From: Armatimonadota bacterium
Lineage (GTDB): Bacteria; Armatimonadota; SYMT01
Direction: 5' to 3'
NCBI GenBank assembly: GCA_041690135.1
Contig: JAWLHY010000008.1
Span: forward strand, 128,001 to 192,000
Length of the DNA stretch: 64,000 nt
Numbering within the stretch: position 1 is the first letter of the stretch; each line of letters opens with the position of its first letter. The position numbers were made by a program, and so were the translations under genes. The notes beneath the pieces were generated by a model. It searched no databases and had not been told where the DNA came from. It saw only the letters and a program-made list of their open reading frames with translations. Below, one piece after another: positions 18,718-27,922 of this stretch.

Positions 18718-19587
18718 GTGATGCAATTGCAACGAGTGCCTGCCCGGTTGGGAAGAAGGGCGGTAACGATGGGTATGGGTCTTCTGACCGCCGCCATCTT
18801 TGTGCCCCTGGGCGCCGGGGCGCAGGGAGTCGCACCGCAGATTACCGACTTGGAGCAGCCGCCGCGGCCGGTGAACGTGTTCCTGGCCGATCGTCCCATC
18901 GTAACCGTGGAGTTCGGCGGGGACTACGGACCGGTACGGGTGACCGGAGCTTTGGATCGGGCTCCCAAGGAAACGCTCCGTTTGACGGACGCCACCGGCA
19001 GGACCCGGGAAGCCGTGTGGTCCGAGGTGCAGTCCCTGACGGAGGTCCGTACGGCGACGGAAGGGCTCCCCGTGGGAAGCTACACCGTCTACCTGATCGG
19101 TGACGCCACTCCCACCACCAGCGTGGGCGGGGCGGGAGGCTATTTGACGACCACGCTGCCCACCCCGGGTGGGTCGCGCGGCGGCTGGCGGTTATCGCGC
19201 CTTCCGGAAGGGGAAATGGCCGTGGCGACAGGGAGCCTGGGAACCATCGCGTTCCCGGTGTCGCGGATCAGGTCGTTCGTCGAGGAGCCGATCCGCGGCA
19301 GCATCACGCAGATGCCCGCCGGCAATGTGACCGTAGAGGTGCTCGCCGGCAAGACCCTCACGGTGCCGTTGACGAACGTCGAGTTTCTGCGTAGAGACCT
19401 GCGTGCGGGAACCATCACGCTTAGCCTGGCCGACGGCCAGACCGTGACCGGGAAACTCCGGGAGCTGCCGAAGGTGGCGCTCGCTTTTGAGGACAAGCGT
19501 CCCCCCATCCCACTGGAACGGATCGTCCAGTTGGAGGTCGCCATTCCGGGCCTTTCCCGTGGGAATGGATTGGGCCTGGGACGCTAG
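18718..19587 (+). CDS. Hypothetical exported protein
   Basis: Signal peptide-like segment (LLTAAIFVPLGAGA-Q); beta-rich repeated units such as LSLADGQTVTG. Confidence 0.7.
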   Translation: MMQLQRVPARLGRRAVTMGMGLLTAAIFVPLGAGAQGVAPQITDLEQPPRPVNVFLADRPIVTVEFGGDYGPVRVTGALDRAPKETLRLTDATGRTREAVWSEVQSLTEVRTATEGLPVGSYTVYLIGDATPTTSVGGAGGYLTTTLPTPGGSRGGWRLSRLPEGEMAVATGSLGTIAFPVSRIRSFVEEPIRGSITQMPAGNVTVEVLAGKTLTVPLTNVEFLRRDLRAGTITLSLADGQTVTGKLRELPKVALAFEDKRPPIPLERIVQLEVAIPGLSRGNGLGLGR

Positions 19588-19696
19588 GGGGTTCGGAGCG
19601 AAACGACCGGCACAAAGACGCGCCGCGGGCGAGATCAAGATCTCGAAACCCGCGGCGCTTCTTGTGTTGATCCTGCACTTACTGCGGCAAGTCGCG

Positions 19697-20464
19697 CTAA
19701 CTGCCCCCCACCTTCGGAGTGGCCAGGTAAGGAGGCAGATCAAGCGACTCCCCCTGGGGCGAGGACCCCTTCGGAGCACCGGCGGACGCGGGGCTCGCGG
19801 CGGGCTTGCTGCCTCCACCGTTAACCACCACCTCCCAGGACGGGGCGCGCCGCTTGCCGGAATTCTCATCACCCGCGCCCTCAAAGCCCAGGTGGCGCGC
19901 CATTTCGTGCGCAATCTCGGAGGTGATCGGAATGACCTTCAGGGAGGAGCTGATCCAGGTGACTTTCCGGTCCTTGGATAGTCCGTAGACGCGGGGGCAC
20001 GGGTGTCCCTTATACTCTGCCATCACCGGTCCCTGCTGCGGCTCGTAGAGCATCGTGTGCTTCAGCGGCACGTCGCGACGGTAGGACTGCTCGGCCTCGG
20101 GCGCGGAGGTGGTGACGGTGATGACGTCGGGAGCCTTAGCCCCCAGGTCTTTGGTGAGTGCACCGAGATACACCTGCAACTGGCGGCAGTTGCTGCAGCC
20201 GCAGGTGAAACACAGTAGGGTGTCGCGCTTCACCAGTTTAGAAAGCGTCTGGGGCACCCCCTTGGCGTTGGCCAGGGAGAAGTCGGGAGCTTCGTCTCCC
20301 ACCTTGAACTTGGGCATGTGCTGCGGGTTCTCGGCTTCCGCGTTGGAGGGCGCCTCCAGGGCTTTGGCGTCCTTCACAAACTGTCGCGAGTAGTCGATGG
20401 CCACCACGACGAGCACAACGGAGAGGATGGCAAGAACCCAGGTGTTGGAATTCCAGTTTCGCAT
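19697..20464 (-). CDS. Membrane-anchored redoxin (AhpC/TSA thioredoxin-like fold)
   Basis: N-terminal TM, FKVGDEAPDFSL, CFTCGCSNC, HPCPRVY cis-Pro loop. Confidence 0.78.
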   Translation of the reverse strand: MRNWNSNTWVLAILSVVLVVVAIDYSRQFVKDAKALEAPSNAEAENPQHMPKFKVGDEAPDFSLANAKGVPQTLSKLVKRDTLLCFTCGCSNCRQLQVYLGALTKDLGAKAPDVITVTTSAPEAEQSYRRDVPLKHTMLYEPQQGPVMAEYKGHPCPRVYGLSKDRKVTWISSSLKVIPITSEIAHEMARHLGFEGAGDENSGKRRAPSWEVVVNGGGSKPAASPASAGAPKGSSPQGESLDLPPYLATPKVGGS

Positions 20465-20782
20465 GTATTTCCCTAGGCCCGTTCGATGCGTACGGCGTAG
20501 TCAATGAGCTCCGAAACGTTGGCCGACGGATCCTCAGAATGGATCTCCGCGCGGGTCGGGTGCGATCCTGCCGAGCACGCCTGGACAACGCAGTGGCGCA
20601 CCGGGACAGTAGCGTCCTTCCCGCATTCATTAAGTACGGAGATTCTTCAACAGGCAGTTCCTCGGAGAGGGTGGAGCGAAGGGTGAGAGCCCTCTCTGCG
20701 CTCTGCCTGCGGCGCCGCGAGCCGGAGGCCTCGCTTGCGGACTTCCCTTCGATGAATCTCGTCCGTTCTCTCCGGAAACGGG

Positions 20783-21454
20783 TCACCCGCTGCCGGACCC
20801 CGAGAGGCGCACCCGGGAGGCCACGAAGTACTCCTCATCCAGCAACCGGGTGTAGCTCTGGACCCGGCCGCGGATCGGTACGGAGAAATCGGCGCTCACA
20901 TCCCCGAAAGCGAAACTTGCGACGGTGCTCGTGCGAAAGGATTTTGTCCTTTGCCCCAGAAACTCGTCCGCGAGGATCGGCTCCTGGTAATCGGGCGTGC
21001 GTCCGGTCACGGCGATGCGGACATTGCGGCGGTTCCAGGCCAGGTGCATGACCAGTGGCGTGGACACCGTGCCGTTCTCCCCTGGTTCGAGAACTACGAT
21101 TCGGGCCTGGCGCTTCCCATACACGTACCGGAAATCATCGCCCAGGTAGTGGTGGCACACCAGTTCCCCGATCCGCACGTAAACCGGGGTCCCTTCATCG
21201 ATATCGAACAGGTCCACTTCGTCCAGCGGCAGGCGCGCCACGAGCCGGAAGCTCCCCTGGGTGACCGGGACGCACTCCACCAGCCCTTCCCGGTCCCGGA
21301 TACAGCGAACGTCTTGCGAGAGGGCTTCGGAGAAGGTGACGTGGGGACGCGTGCCGGCATGGCTTCCTTGCGCTCCGGTGATGCCGCCCAGCAGGGCCAG
21401 GAACCCCGATTTGATGAGAGTCCTGCGGGTAAGCGACCCGTGACCGTTTTCCAT
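20783..21454 (-). CDS. Hypothetical protein with twin-arginine signal
   Basis: LTRRTLIKSGFLALLGG...SHA Tat motif; GGAGG RBS upstream. Confidence 0.7.
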   Translation of the reverse strand: MENGHGSLTRRTLIKSGFLALLGGITGAQGSHAGTRPHVTFSEALSQDVRCIRDREGLVECVPVTQGSFRLVARLPLDEVDLFDIDEGTPVYVRIGELVCHHYLGDDFRYVYGKRQARIVVLEPGENGTVSTPLVMHLAWNRRNVRIAVTGRTPDYQEPILADEFLGQRTKSFRTSTVASFAFGDVSADFSVPIRGRVQSYTRLLDEEYFVASRVRLSGSGSG

Positions 21455-21580
21455 TCCGAACTTCCTCCCGACCTTCGTTCCAAACGTCCGTTCGCACACT
21501 CCGCCATGCCGTCCGTCGCCGGTCCTTCCTATGTTGATAGCATACCGAGCGGCGGAATTCCCTTCTGAACGGATTTTCGG

Positions 21581-22132
21581 TTAAGGAAGGGGCAGGTGCT
21601 CGGGTGGAGGTTGGAAGCCCAGGGCGCGCAAGTAATCGGCAATGGCCAGGCGCGTCGTGGCGAACGCGAATTCCGACCAGGGCAACGCAGCGGGAGAAAA
21701 CAGGCCGACCTCCAGACTCTCGTCGAGGGCCTGAGGTTCACCTCCCGTGATGGTTCCTCGATAGACGATCAGGATTACCGGGCTGCCGGGTGGATGGCTG
21801 TAGATCCCGAGGAGACTTTCGAGGCGAACGTCAACGCCGGCTTCTTCCCGAGCCTCGCGAACCGCTGCCTGCTCGGGATGCTCGCCTCGGTCCACGAAAC
21901 CGCCGGGGAATACCCACGAGCCGTAAGCCGGTTCAATCGCCCGGCGGAGCAAGAGTACCCGTCCCTCCTGCTCCGTCACGACTCCGGCCGCCAGCTTGGG
22001 GTCGAGGTAGAAAACGAACTCACAGCCGTTGCAGCAAAGGCGGTTCGGTTCACCGGGCTTCAGACAACGCGCAGTGAGCGCATGCCCACAGCGCGGGCAA
22101 AATCGGTAACCGGGGTCTTGTGGATGCGCCAT
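21581..22132 (-). CDS. NUDIX hydrolase with N-terminal zinc ribbon
   Basis: FCPRCG...CNGC, YLDPK, Nudix box PGGFVDRGEHPEQAAVREAREEAG. Confidence 0.93.
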   Translation of the reverse strand: MAHPQDPGYRFCPRCGHALTARCLKPGEPNRLCCNGCEFVFYLDPKLAAGVVTEQEGRVLLLRRAIEPAYGSWVFPGGFVDRGEHPEQAAVREAREEAGVDVRLESLLGIYSHPPGSPVILIVYRGTITGGEPQALDESLEVGLFSPAALPWSEFAFATTRLAIADYLRALGFQPPPEHLPLP

Positions 22133-22137
22133 GCCGA

Positions 22138-23118
22138 TCAGCCCGTCTGGAACTCCTTGAGTAGCTCTTGGAACGCCGTAGAGGAGCGGAGCGGCTCGAG
22201 TTCCGGATCCAGATCTTCCGGAGCGCCGACCAGTCCTTTGCGCAACTCGTCTCGCTCCTCGGCGGTCGTGATCGCCTGCCACGATAGCCGGAGGCTCTCG
22301 ACCGCTTCGCGAGTCAGTGCTGCCCTCTGCGCCTCTCCTCGCGCCAACCGCACCTTCTGCGCAAGTGCGCAAGCCACGTTGTAGTAGCTGGCGGCCGCGT
22401 ACTTCTGGCCCGCATCCCCGACAGCTCGGTAATGCTCGATTGCGGCGTCGTAGTCCCGGAGGTCGAAATAGGCCCAACCCAGCCGGTAATGCCACTCGAC
22501 CCGTTCCGTGCCAGGCATTCCCGCCTTCGCCGCCTGCTGGTAATATTCGACGGCGTCTTCGGGACGGTGAAGCTTCCAATAGGTCTGGCCCAGGTCATTC
22601 AGCGTGCGCCAGCGGGATTCGTTCGGCGAAAGATCCAGTGCGTCCGCGTAGTATTTTGCGGCGCGCTCGTAGTCGTCATTCTGGTAGGCGGCGGCCCCCA
22701 TCCGCATTAGCACCCGGTAGGAGTTCGGAAAGCGGCGGTAGGCCTGCCGATAGACGATGAGTGCGTCCAGCTTTTGCCCTTCCGCCAGCAATTGATCCCC
22801 TTTCTCCAGTTGCTTCTGCAGGACGAGGGGGGTCGGATCGGCGCTCACCCGCCACGCAAAGACATAGGTGGCGGTGAGGATGTTAAGGATGAGAATGGCA
22901 CCATAGCCGCTCAGCCGCACCAGCCGGGTCGGCTGGAGGTGGATGCCCCGCGCGAACGCCCACGCAATGACGCAGAAGAGCGACGCGTAGGCGAGGGTGG
23001 CCAGGTGCAGTGGATGCTGCACCAAGCCAAGCCACTTGTCCACCACGGCGAGGAAAGCGAAAAACCCTCCTGCCGCGCAAAGGACTACAGGTGTCCTACG
23101 GGGCCAGGTGATCTGCAT
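22138..23118 (-). CDS. Membrane protein (3 TM) with tetratricopeptide repeats
   Basis: Three hydrophobic helices followed by about 5 TPR units (LGQTYW-x-L-x4-DA-x2-YY, LGWAYF, YYNVACA). Confidence 0.85.
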   Translation of the reverse strand: MQITWPRRTPVVLCAAGGFFAFLAVVDKWLGLVQHPLHLATLAYASLFCVIAWAFARGIHLQPTRLVRLSGYGAILILNILTATYVFAWRVSADPTPLVLQKQLEKGDQLLAEGQKLDALIVYRQAYRRFPNSYRVLMRMGAAAYQNDDYERAAKYYADALDLSPNESRWRTLNDLGQTYWKLHRPEDAVEYYQQAAKAGMPGTERVEWHYRLGWAYFDLRDYDAAIEHYRAVGDAGQKYAAASYYNVACALAQKVRLARGEAQRAALTREAVESLRLSWQAITTAEERDELRKGLVGAPEDLDPELEPLRSSTAFQELLKEFQTG

Positions 23119-23148
23119 GATTCTGGAACGAAGTGTCCGTGCCTCTTC

Positions 23149-23406
23149 TTACGCGGGTCGCAGGTGATCCGGCGCGGCGTAGCCGAAGATCGGCAGGACG
23201 AACGACTCGCGCTTGGGTCGCTTGTCGTCGCCCGGCTTGGGCGGATCCGGAGGCATCTTGCGCATCACCACCTGTCCGCGCGTATCATTCGACGCCGTCA
23301 ACGCCTGGGGGAGCGGTTCGCTCACCGGTCCAGAGGCCGAATGAGAGACAATGACGCCGAAACCCAGGGTCAACGCAGTAATCGTAATGGAAAATCGATT
23401 CATCAA
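23149..23406 (-). CDS. Small secreted Pro-rich peptide (85 aa)
   Basis: GAGG RBS, signal peptide MNRFSITITALTLGFGVIVSHSA, MPPDPPKP motif. Confidence 0.6.
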   Translation of the reverse strand: MMNRFSITITALTLGFGVIVSHSASGPVSEPLPQALTASNDTRGQVVMRKMPPDPPKPGDDKRPKRESFVLPIFGYAAPDHLRPA

Positions 23407-23559
23407 TGGAACCTCAGTGGGCGAATTCTTTCCGCCATCCCTAAGGACCCCGCTCGAGCCGTTAGGTTCACACTGAATCTTACCAGAACTGCCCTGGCTA
23501 CGCTAGGTGCAGGAACCTTCCGGCGGGATCGGTAACATAATCCCTCTGGGAGTAAGCGC

Positions 23560-23994
23560 ATGATGGAGCCCGTTGCTCGATTTACGATTTCAATTCCGCC
23601 CGACCTGTTGACTCAGTTCGACGAGGTGTGCGCAGGTAAGGGTTACGCGTCCCGTTCGGAGGCCGTCCGCGATGCCATTCGGGATTACCTGGTGGCGCAC
23701 GAGTGGACATCCGGGGAGGGTGCCGGTACGGAGGACGTGGTAGGCACGGTCACGCTGGTGTACGATCACGAGACCCGCGGCGTGTCCGATGAACTCCTGC
23801 GCCAGCAGCATGAACATCACGGCCTCATCCTTTCCGCACTACACGTTCATCTCGACGCGCACAACTGCCTCGAGGTGATCGTGCTCCGCGGGGCTCGGGA
23901 CGTAGTGTCTTCCCTGGCGGACCTGCTGATCAGCCAGCGCGGAGTGAAGTTCGGACGGCTCGTGTGCGCGACGAGCGGGTCGGGTCTGCTCTAG
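23560..23994 (+). CDS. nikR: Nickel-responsive regulator
   Basis: RHH domain RFTISI...GYASRSEAVRDAIR; Ni site QH...LHVHLDAHNCLEVI. Confidence 0.95.
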   Translation: MMEPVARFTISIPPDLLTQFDEVCAGKGYASRSEAVRDAIRDYLVAHEWTSGEGAGTEDVVGTVTLVYDHETRGVSDELLRQQHEHHGLILSALHVHLDAHNCLEVIVLRGARDVVSSLADLLISQRGVKFGRLVCATSGSGLL

Positions 23995-25623
23995 ATGCAC
24001 ATTCCGGACGGCTTCTTGAGCGTGCCCGTTGCCGCTGCCACCGGGGCGGTTTCCGCCGTTTCCGTAGCGGGTGCCCTCCGCAAAATCCATCCAGAGGCGG
24101 AGACGACACTCGCCCCCCGGATGGGGCTAACCGCGGCTTACGTTTTCGCGGCGCAAATGGTCAACTTCCCCGTGGCGGCAGGTACTTCCGGCCATTTGTT
24201 GGGAGCACTTCTCGCCGCCGTGCTGCTCGGCCCGCATGCGGCGGCACTCGCGATGACCGCAGTCTTCCTGATCCAGACCTTTTTCTTCCTGGACGGCGGG
24301 CATACGGCGCTGGGGGCCAACATCCTGAACATGGGGCTGGCGGGGACCTATGGCGGGTATGCCGTCTATCGGTTGATCGCGGGACGCGCACCCCACGCAC
24401 GCCGGTGCGCGGGCGCCGCTGCCGTGGCTGCCTGGGTTTCCGTTATGCTGGGCGCCTCACTAACAGCGGCCCAGTTGGCGCTCTCCGGAGCGGTGGCGCC
24501 GGAACGGGTCTTTCCGGCAATGCTGGGGGTACACGCCCTGATTGGCCTGGGAGAGGGGGCGATCACCGCCGCGGCACTCCTCCTGCTCTGGCAGGTACGG
24601 CCGGACCTGATCACGGGCCGCAGTTCCGCGGAGCCGGCACGCCTTTCCTGGGGCGGATGGGTCCTGGCGGTTGGATTGCTGCTGGTCGCCGCCCTGGCTC
24701 CGTTCGCGTCCTCGGATCCGGACGGGTTGGAAAAAGTAGCGGAGTCATTGGGCTTCGCGGGGATCGCGCGCGACCCGGCACTGCCCGGCCCGGTGCCAGA
24801 CTATGAATTGCTGGGCTTCACGGGAGTCGCGTGGGCTCCGGCGCTCGTCAGTCTTGGAGGGGCCGCATTGATGACGCTGGCCCTGCTACCCCTGCGCGGC
24901 GTCCGGCGCATTCCGTCCTCACTGGCCCCGCGGCCGGCGCTGGCCGCCCTCGATGCCCGCGTCAAGCTGGCCGGCATACTCGGTCTTTCGTTCACGGCAG
25001 TACTCCTCCCAGCGGATCAGGCGGGCAAACTCTTCCTCCTGGCGGGGGTTGCGGCTGCGTGGGCACTAGCGTCGCGAGTTTCGTTCCGCTGGTTGGGAAG
25101 CCGCGCGCTGCTGTTACTGCCGGTGGTGGGCCTGGCCGCCCTGTCGCTGCCCCAACTGCGAGGTGAAGGGGGTGGACCCGAGCTTTCCTTCTACCTCCTG
25201 GCGTTTCTGCGCGCGGGAACATCCCTCCTGGCAACGGCGGCCTTCGCGAGTGCCACCTCCGAGCCGGAGGCAATCGCCGCAATGACCGCATTTCACCTCC
25301 CACGGACGCTTGGTCTGACCCTGGCGTTCAGCCTGAGATACCTCAAACTGCTGGTGGAGGAGGCGGGGCGGATGTTGCAGGCGCGAGCCGCGCGTTGCGG
25401 TGCCTCCGGAACGCTGGCGCTGCGGGCGCAGGCGTCAGGCGGGATCGTGGGGACACTGTTCGTGCGTAGCTATGAGCGGGCCGAACGTGTTTCCCTGGCA
25501 ATGGCGGCACGTGGTGCTCAGGGAGGGGTTCCGCTGGTTCGGCCGCGTCCGCTCTCCAGCGAAGACCGCTTGTTTCTCGTGGGGGTTGTTGCCTTCCTGC
25601 TCGGGGTCTGGTTATGGCGTTAA
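23995..25623 (+). CDS. ECF Ni/Co transporter fusion: CbiM/NikM + PDGLE (NikN) + CbiQ/NikQ
   Basis: MHIPDGFL N-terminus, GTSGHLLG, FASSDPDGLEKVA, then LDARVKL...LRYL...RSYERAERV-x2-AMAARG in a single ORF. Confidence 0.88.
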   Translation: MHIPDGFLSVPVAAATGAVSAVSVAGALRKIHPEAETTLAPRMGLTAAYVFAAQMVNFPVAAGTSGHLLGALLAAVLLGPHAAALAMTAVFLIQTFFFLDGGHTALGANILNMGLAGTYGGYAVYRLIAGRAPHARRCAGAAAVAAWVSVMLGASLTAAQLALSGAVAPERVFPAMLGVHALIGLGEGAITAAALLLLWQVRPDLITGRSSAEPARLSWGGWVLAVGLLLVAALAPFASSDPDGLEKVAESLGFAGIARDPALPGPVPDYELLGFTGVAWAPALVSLGGAALMTLALLPLRGVRRIPSSLAPRPALAALDARVKLAGILGLSFTAVLLPADQAGKLFLLAGVAAAWALASRVSFRWLGSRALLLLPVVGLAALSLPQLRGEGGGPELSFYLLAFLRAGTSLLATAAFASATSEPEAIAAMTAFHLPRTLGLTLAFSLRYLKLLVEEAGRMLQARAARCGASGTLALRAQASGGIVGTLFVRSYERAERVSLAMAARGAQGGVPLVRPRPLSSEDRLFLVGVVAFLLGVWLWR

Positions 25624-26405
25624 CAGTATCTCTGGAAAAGGTGTCGTTCACGTATCCGGACGGCCAGGTGGCCCTTCGCGAGGTGGACCTGCATGTGCCC
25701 GCGGGGACCACCCTCGGACTGCTGGGCGCCAACGGGGCCGGTAAGTCCTCGTTGCTGCTGCAGATCAACGGGCTTCTGCGGGGTACAGGCGTCGTGCGCG
25801 TGGGGGATCTCGCCCTGAACGACAAAACGCTTCCGGATATTCGCGCCCGAGTGGGCTTTCTGTTCCAGAACCCGGACGATCAGCTTTTTATGCCCTCGGT
25901 CTACGAAGACGTCGCATTCGGCCCCCGAAATCAGGGACTTCCCGAAGCGGAGGTGACGCGACGGGTGGAACGGGCGTTGGCGGTGACCGGCATGGCGGGA
26001 CTGGCGGATCGCCCGCCGCACCATCTCTCCCTCGGCCAGAAGAAGCGGGTCGCCGTAGCCACCGTTCTGGCGATGGAGTGCGAGGCCTTGATCCTGGACG
26101 AACCGACCAGTGGGCTAGACCCGCGGGGCCGGCGGGAGTTGGCCCGGTTCCTGATGGATCTCGGCCTGACCGCCCTCATCGCCACGCATGATCTGGAGTT
26201 TGCCGCGGAGTTATGCGACCGCGTGGCCGTGCTGGCCGAAGGGCGAATCGTGGCGCAAGGCGATCCGCACGAGGTGATGGGGGATGCCGCCTTGATGGAG
26301 CGGACCGGCCTGGAAGTGCCCCACAGCCTTCGCTACCATGCCCCCGGCATCCCCCATGAACATGTGGCCGGTCAGAAGAGCTCGCGGTCTCGCGATACGA
26401 TCTGA
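25614..26405 (+). CDS. cbiO: ECF transporter ATPase (CbiO/NikO)
   Basis: GANGAGKS, FQNPDDQLF, LSLGQKKR, LDEPTSGLD. Confidence 0.92.
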   Translation: MALTVSLEKVSFTYPDGQVALREVDLHVPAGTTLGLLGANGAGKSSLLLQINGLLRGTGVVRVGDLALNDKTLPDIRARVGFLFQNPDDQLFMPSVYEDVAFGPRNQGLPEAEVTRRVERALAVTGMAGLADRPPHHLSLGQKKRVAVATVLAMECEALILDEPTSGLDPRGRRELARFLMDLGLTALIATHDLEFAAELCDRVAVLAEGRIVAQGDPHEVMGDAALMERTGLEVPHSLRYHAPGIPHEHVAGQKSSRSRDTI

Positions 26406-26758
26406 AGCAGGTTGCCTTCCGGATCGTGGAAGAAGGCGATCTGCCCGCCGCCGGCCGCCGGAGCCGCGGCGGTAAGACCCAGGACCTTCCCTTCGAGGGC
26501 GGCGTAGGCTGCTTCGAAGTCCTCTACCCGCAGCGCGATGTGGCGGATTCCCGGGTCCAGCGGCTGGTGCTCGACCACCTTACCGCCGTTGTCCGGCATG
26601 ATCTCAAGCACCGCTCCCATGCTTCCACCGACCAGATAGGTCGGCTGTTCTTTGCCGTTGTCGAAAAGGATCCGCATCCCCAGGATCTCACAGTACCACT
26701 GCCCCAGCGCGCGCGAGTCCCTCGCCGCAATCGCCACGTGATCGACACCCGTAACCAT
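26372..26758 (-). CDS. VOC (glyoxalase) family protein
   Basis: VDHVAI, GIRHIALRV, FFHDPEGNLLQI. Confidence 0.88.
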   Translation of the reverse strand: MVTGVDHVAIAARDSRALGQWYCEILGMRILFDNGKEQPTYLVGGSMGAVLEIMPDNGGKVVEHQPLDPGIRHIALRVEDFEAAYAALEGKVLGLTAAAPAAGGGQIAFFHDPEGNLLQIVSRDRELF

Positions 26759-26794
26759 GCTCGTACCTTTCTTGAGTGAATATCGGGGGGTCCG

Positions 26795-27727
26795 TCAGGA
26801 CTCCCGGTGGTAGACCTCCACCCGGTACAGATCTCTGGCGATCCGGGTATTGGGGAAAATGGCCCGTGCCTGGGCCAGGAGAGGGGACACGTCCTGATAG
26901 CGCGGGGAGAGATGGGTGATCACCAACTGCCGAACCCCGGCGTCGCGGGCGACCTCCGCGGCCTGCGCCACTGTCGAGTGCCCCTTTCGGCGCGCCTCTC
27001 CGGGCATCGTGGCATCAAAGGTCCCTTCGTAGATCAGCAGGTCGGCGTCGCGAGCGAGCTCCAGGGCACTCTGGCAGGGGCGAGTATCCGTGCAGTAGGC
27101 CAGCACGGCGCCGGGACGGGTGGGGCCGAGCACCTGCTCTGGTCGCACTTCGCGGCCGTCGGGAAGGGTAACCGCCTCCCCTCGCTGCAGCCTTCCGAAG
27201 AGCGGGCCTTCCGGAACACCCAGCGAACGAGCCGTCGGCACGTCGAACCGACCCGGGCGCGAAAACTCCTCCAGCCGGAACCCAAAACAAAAGAGACGGT
27301 GGTCGAGGGGGGCGGCCGTCAGACGGTACGCCTCGGTCTCCCGGAAGACGGTCGGGCCGTGTTCCTCTTGGAGTTGGAGCGGGTATCCGAACTGGGTGTG
27401 GAGTGCCCGGCGATTGCACCGCACGTACTCGCCGAGCCCCACGGGACCGTAAAGCTCCACCGGCTCGGTGCGGTCGGCCATCTGGAGGGACATCAGGAGG
27501 CCCATGAGGCCGGTGACATGGTCTCCGTGCAGATGAGAGATGGCGATTGCCGTGAGCGGAGCGAAACCGAGGCCGGCGCGGCGATACTGGATCTGCGCAG
27601 CCTCCCCGCAGTCGAACAGGAATAACTCTCCCTGCCGCTGGACTGCTACGCACGCCAGGTTCCGTTCCAGGCTCGGCGTTCCACTTCCGGTGCCGAGAAA
27701 TGTAACCGTGAGAGCGGGAGCAGTCAA
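26795..27727 (-). CDS. rnz: Ribonuclease Z
   Basis: FLGTGSGTP, LFDCGE, SHLHGDH, GVPEGP exosite, DTRP, GHST, HLSPRY; TTG start after GGAG chosen. Confidence 0.93.
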   Translation of the reverse strand: MTAPALTVTFLGTGSGTPSLERNLACVAVQRQGELFLFDCGEAAQIQYRRAGLGFAPLTAIAISHLHGDHVTGLMGLLMSLQMADRTEPVELYGPVGLGEYVRCNRRALHTQFGYPLQLQEEHGPTVFRETEAYRLTAAPLDHRLFCFGFRLEEFSRPGRFDVPTARSLGVPEGPLFGRLQRGEAVTLPDGREVRPEQVLGPTRPGAVLAYCTDTRPCQSALELARDADLLIYEGTFDATMPGEARRKGHSTVAQAAEVARDAGVRQLVITHLSPRYQDVSPLLAQARAIFPNTRIARDLYRVEVYHRES

Positions 27728-27922
27728 CGCGAACTCCGAAAAGCGATGAGGAAGAAGGCGGGCGAGGGCAGCCAAAGACGCCGAGCTCTCCCAGGCAGGG
27801 CGCGGCAGCATGATAGCACCGGTTGGCCGCTCCAGACCAGCAGCATGATCCTGCTGGTTTGACGCGGCTGCCGGTTGGGGCTACACTTCCCTGGCTCCGT
27901 CGTTACGTGAAAGGACAGTTCC

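Noticed and set aside
23407-23559. Cobalamin riboswitch or NikR operator upstream of nikR-cbiMQO
   Set aside because: No B12-box and no convincing GTATGA-N16-TCATAC-like dyad; only a half-site-like GTAACA.
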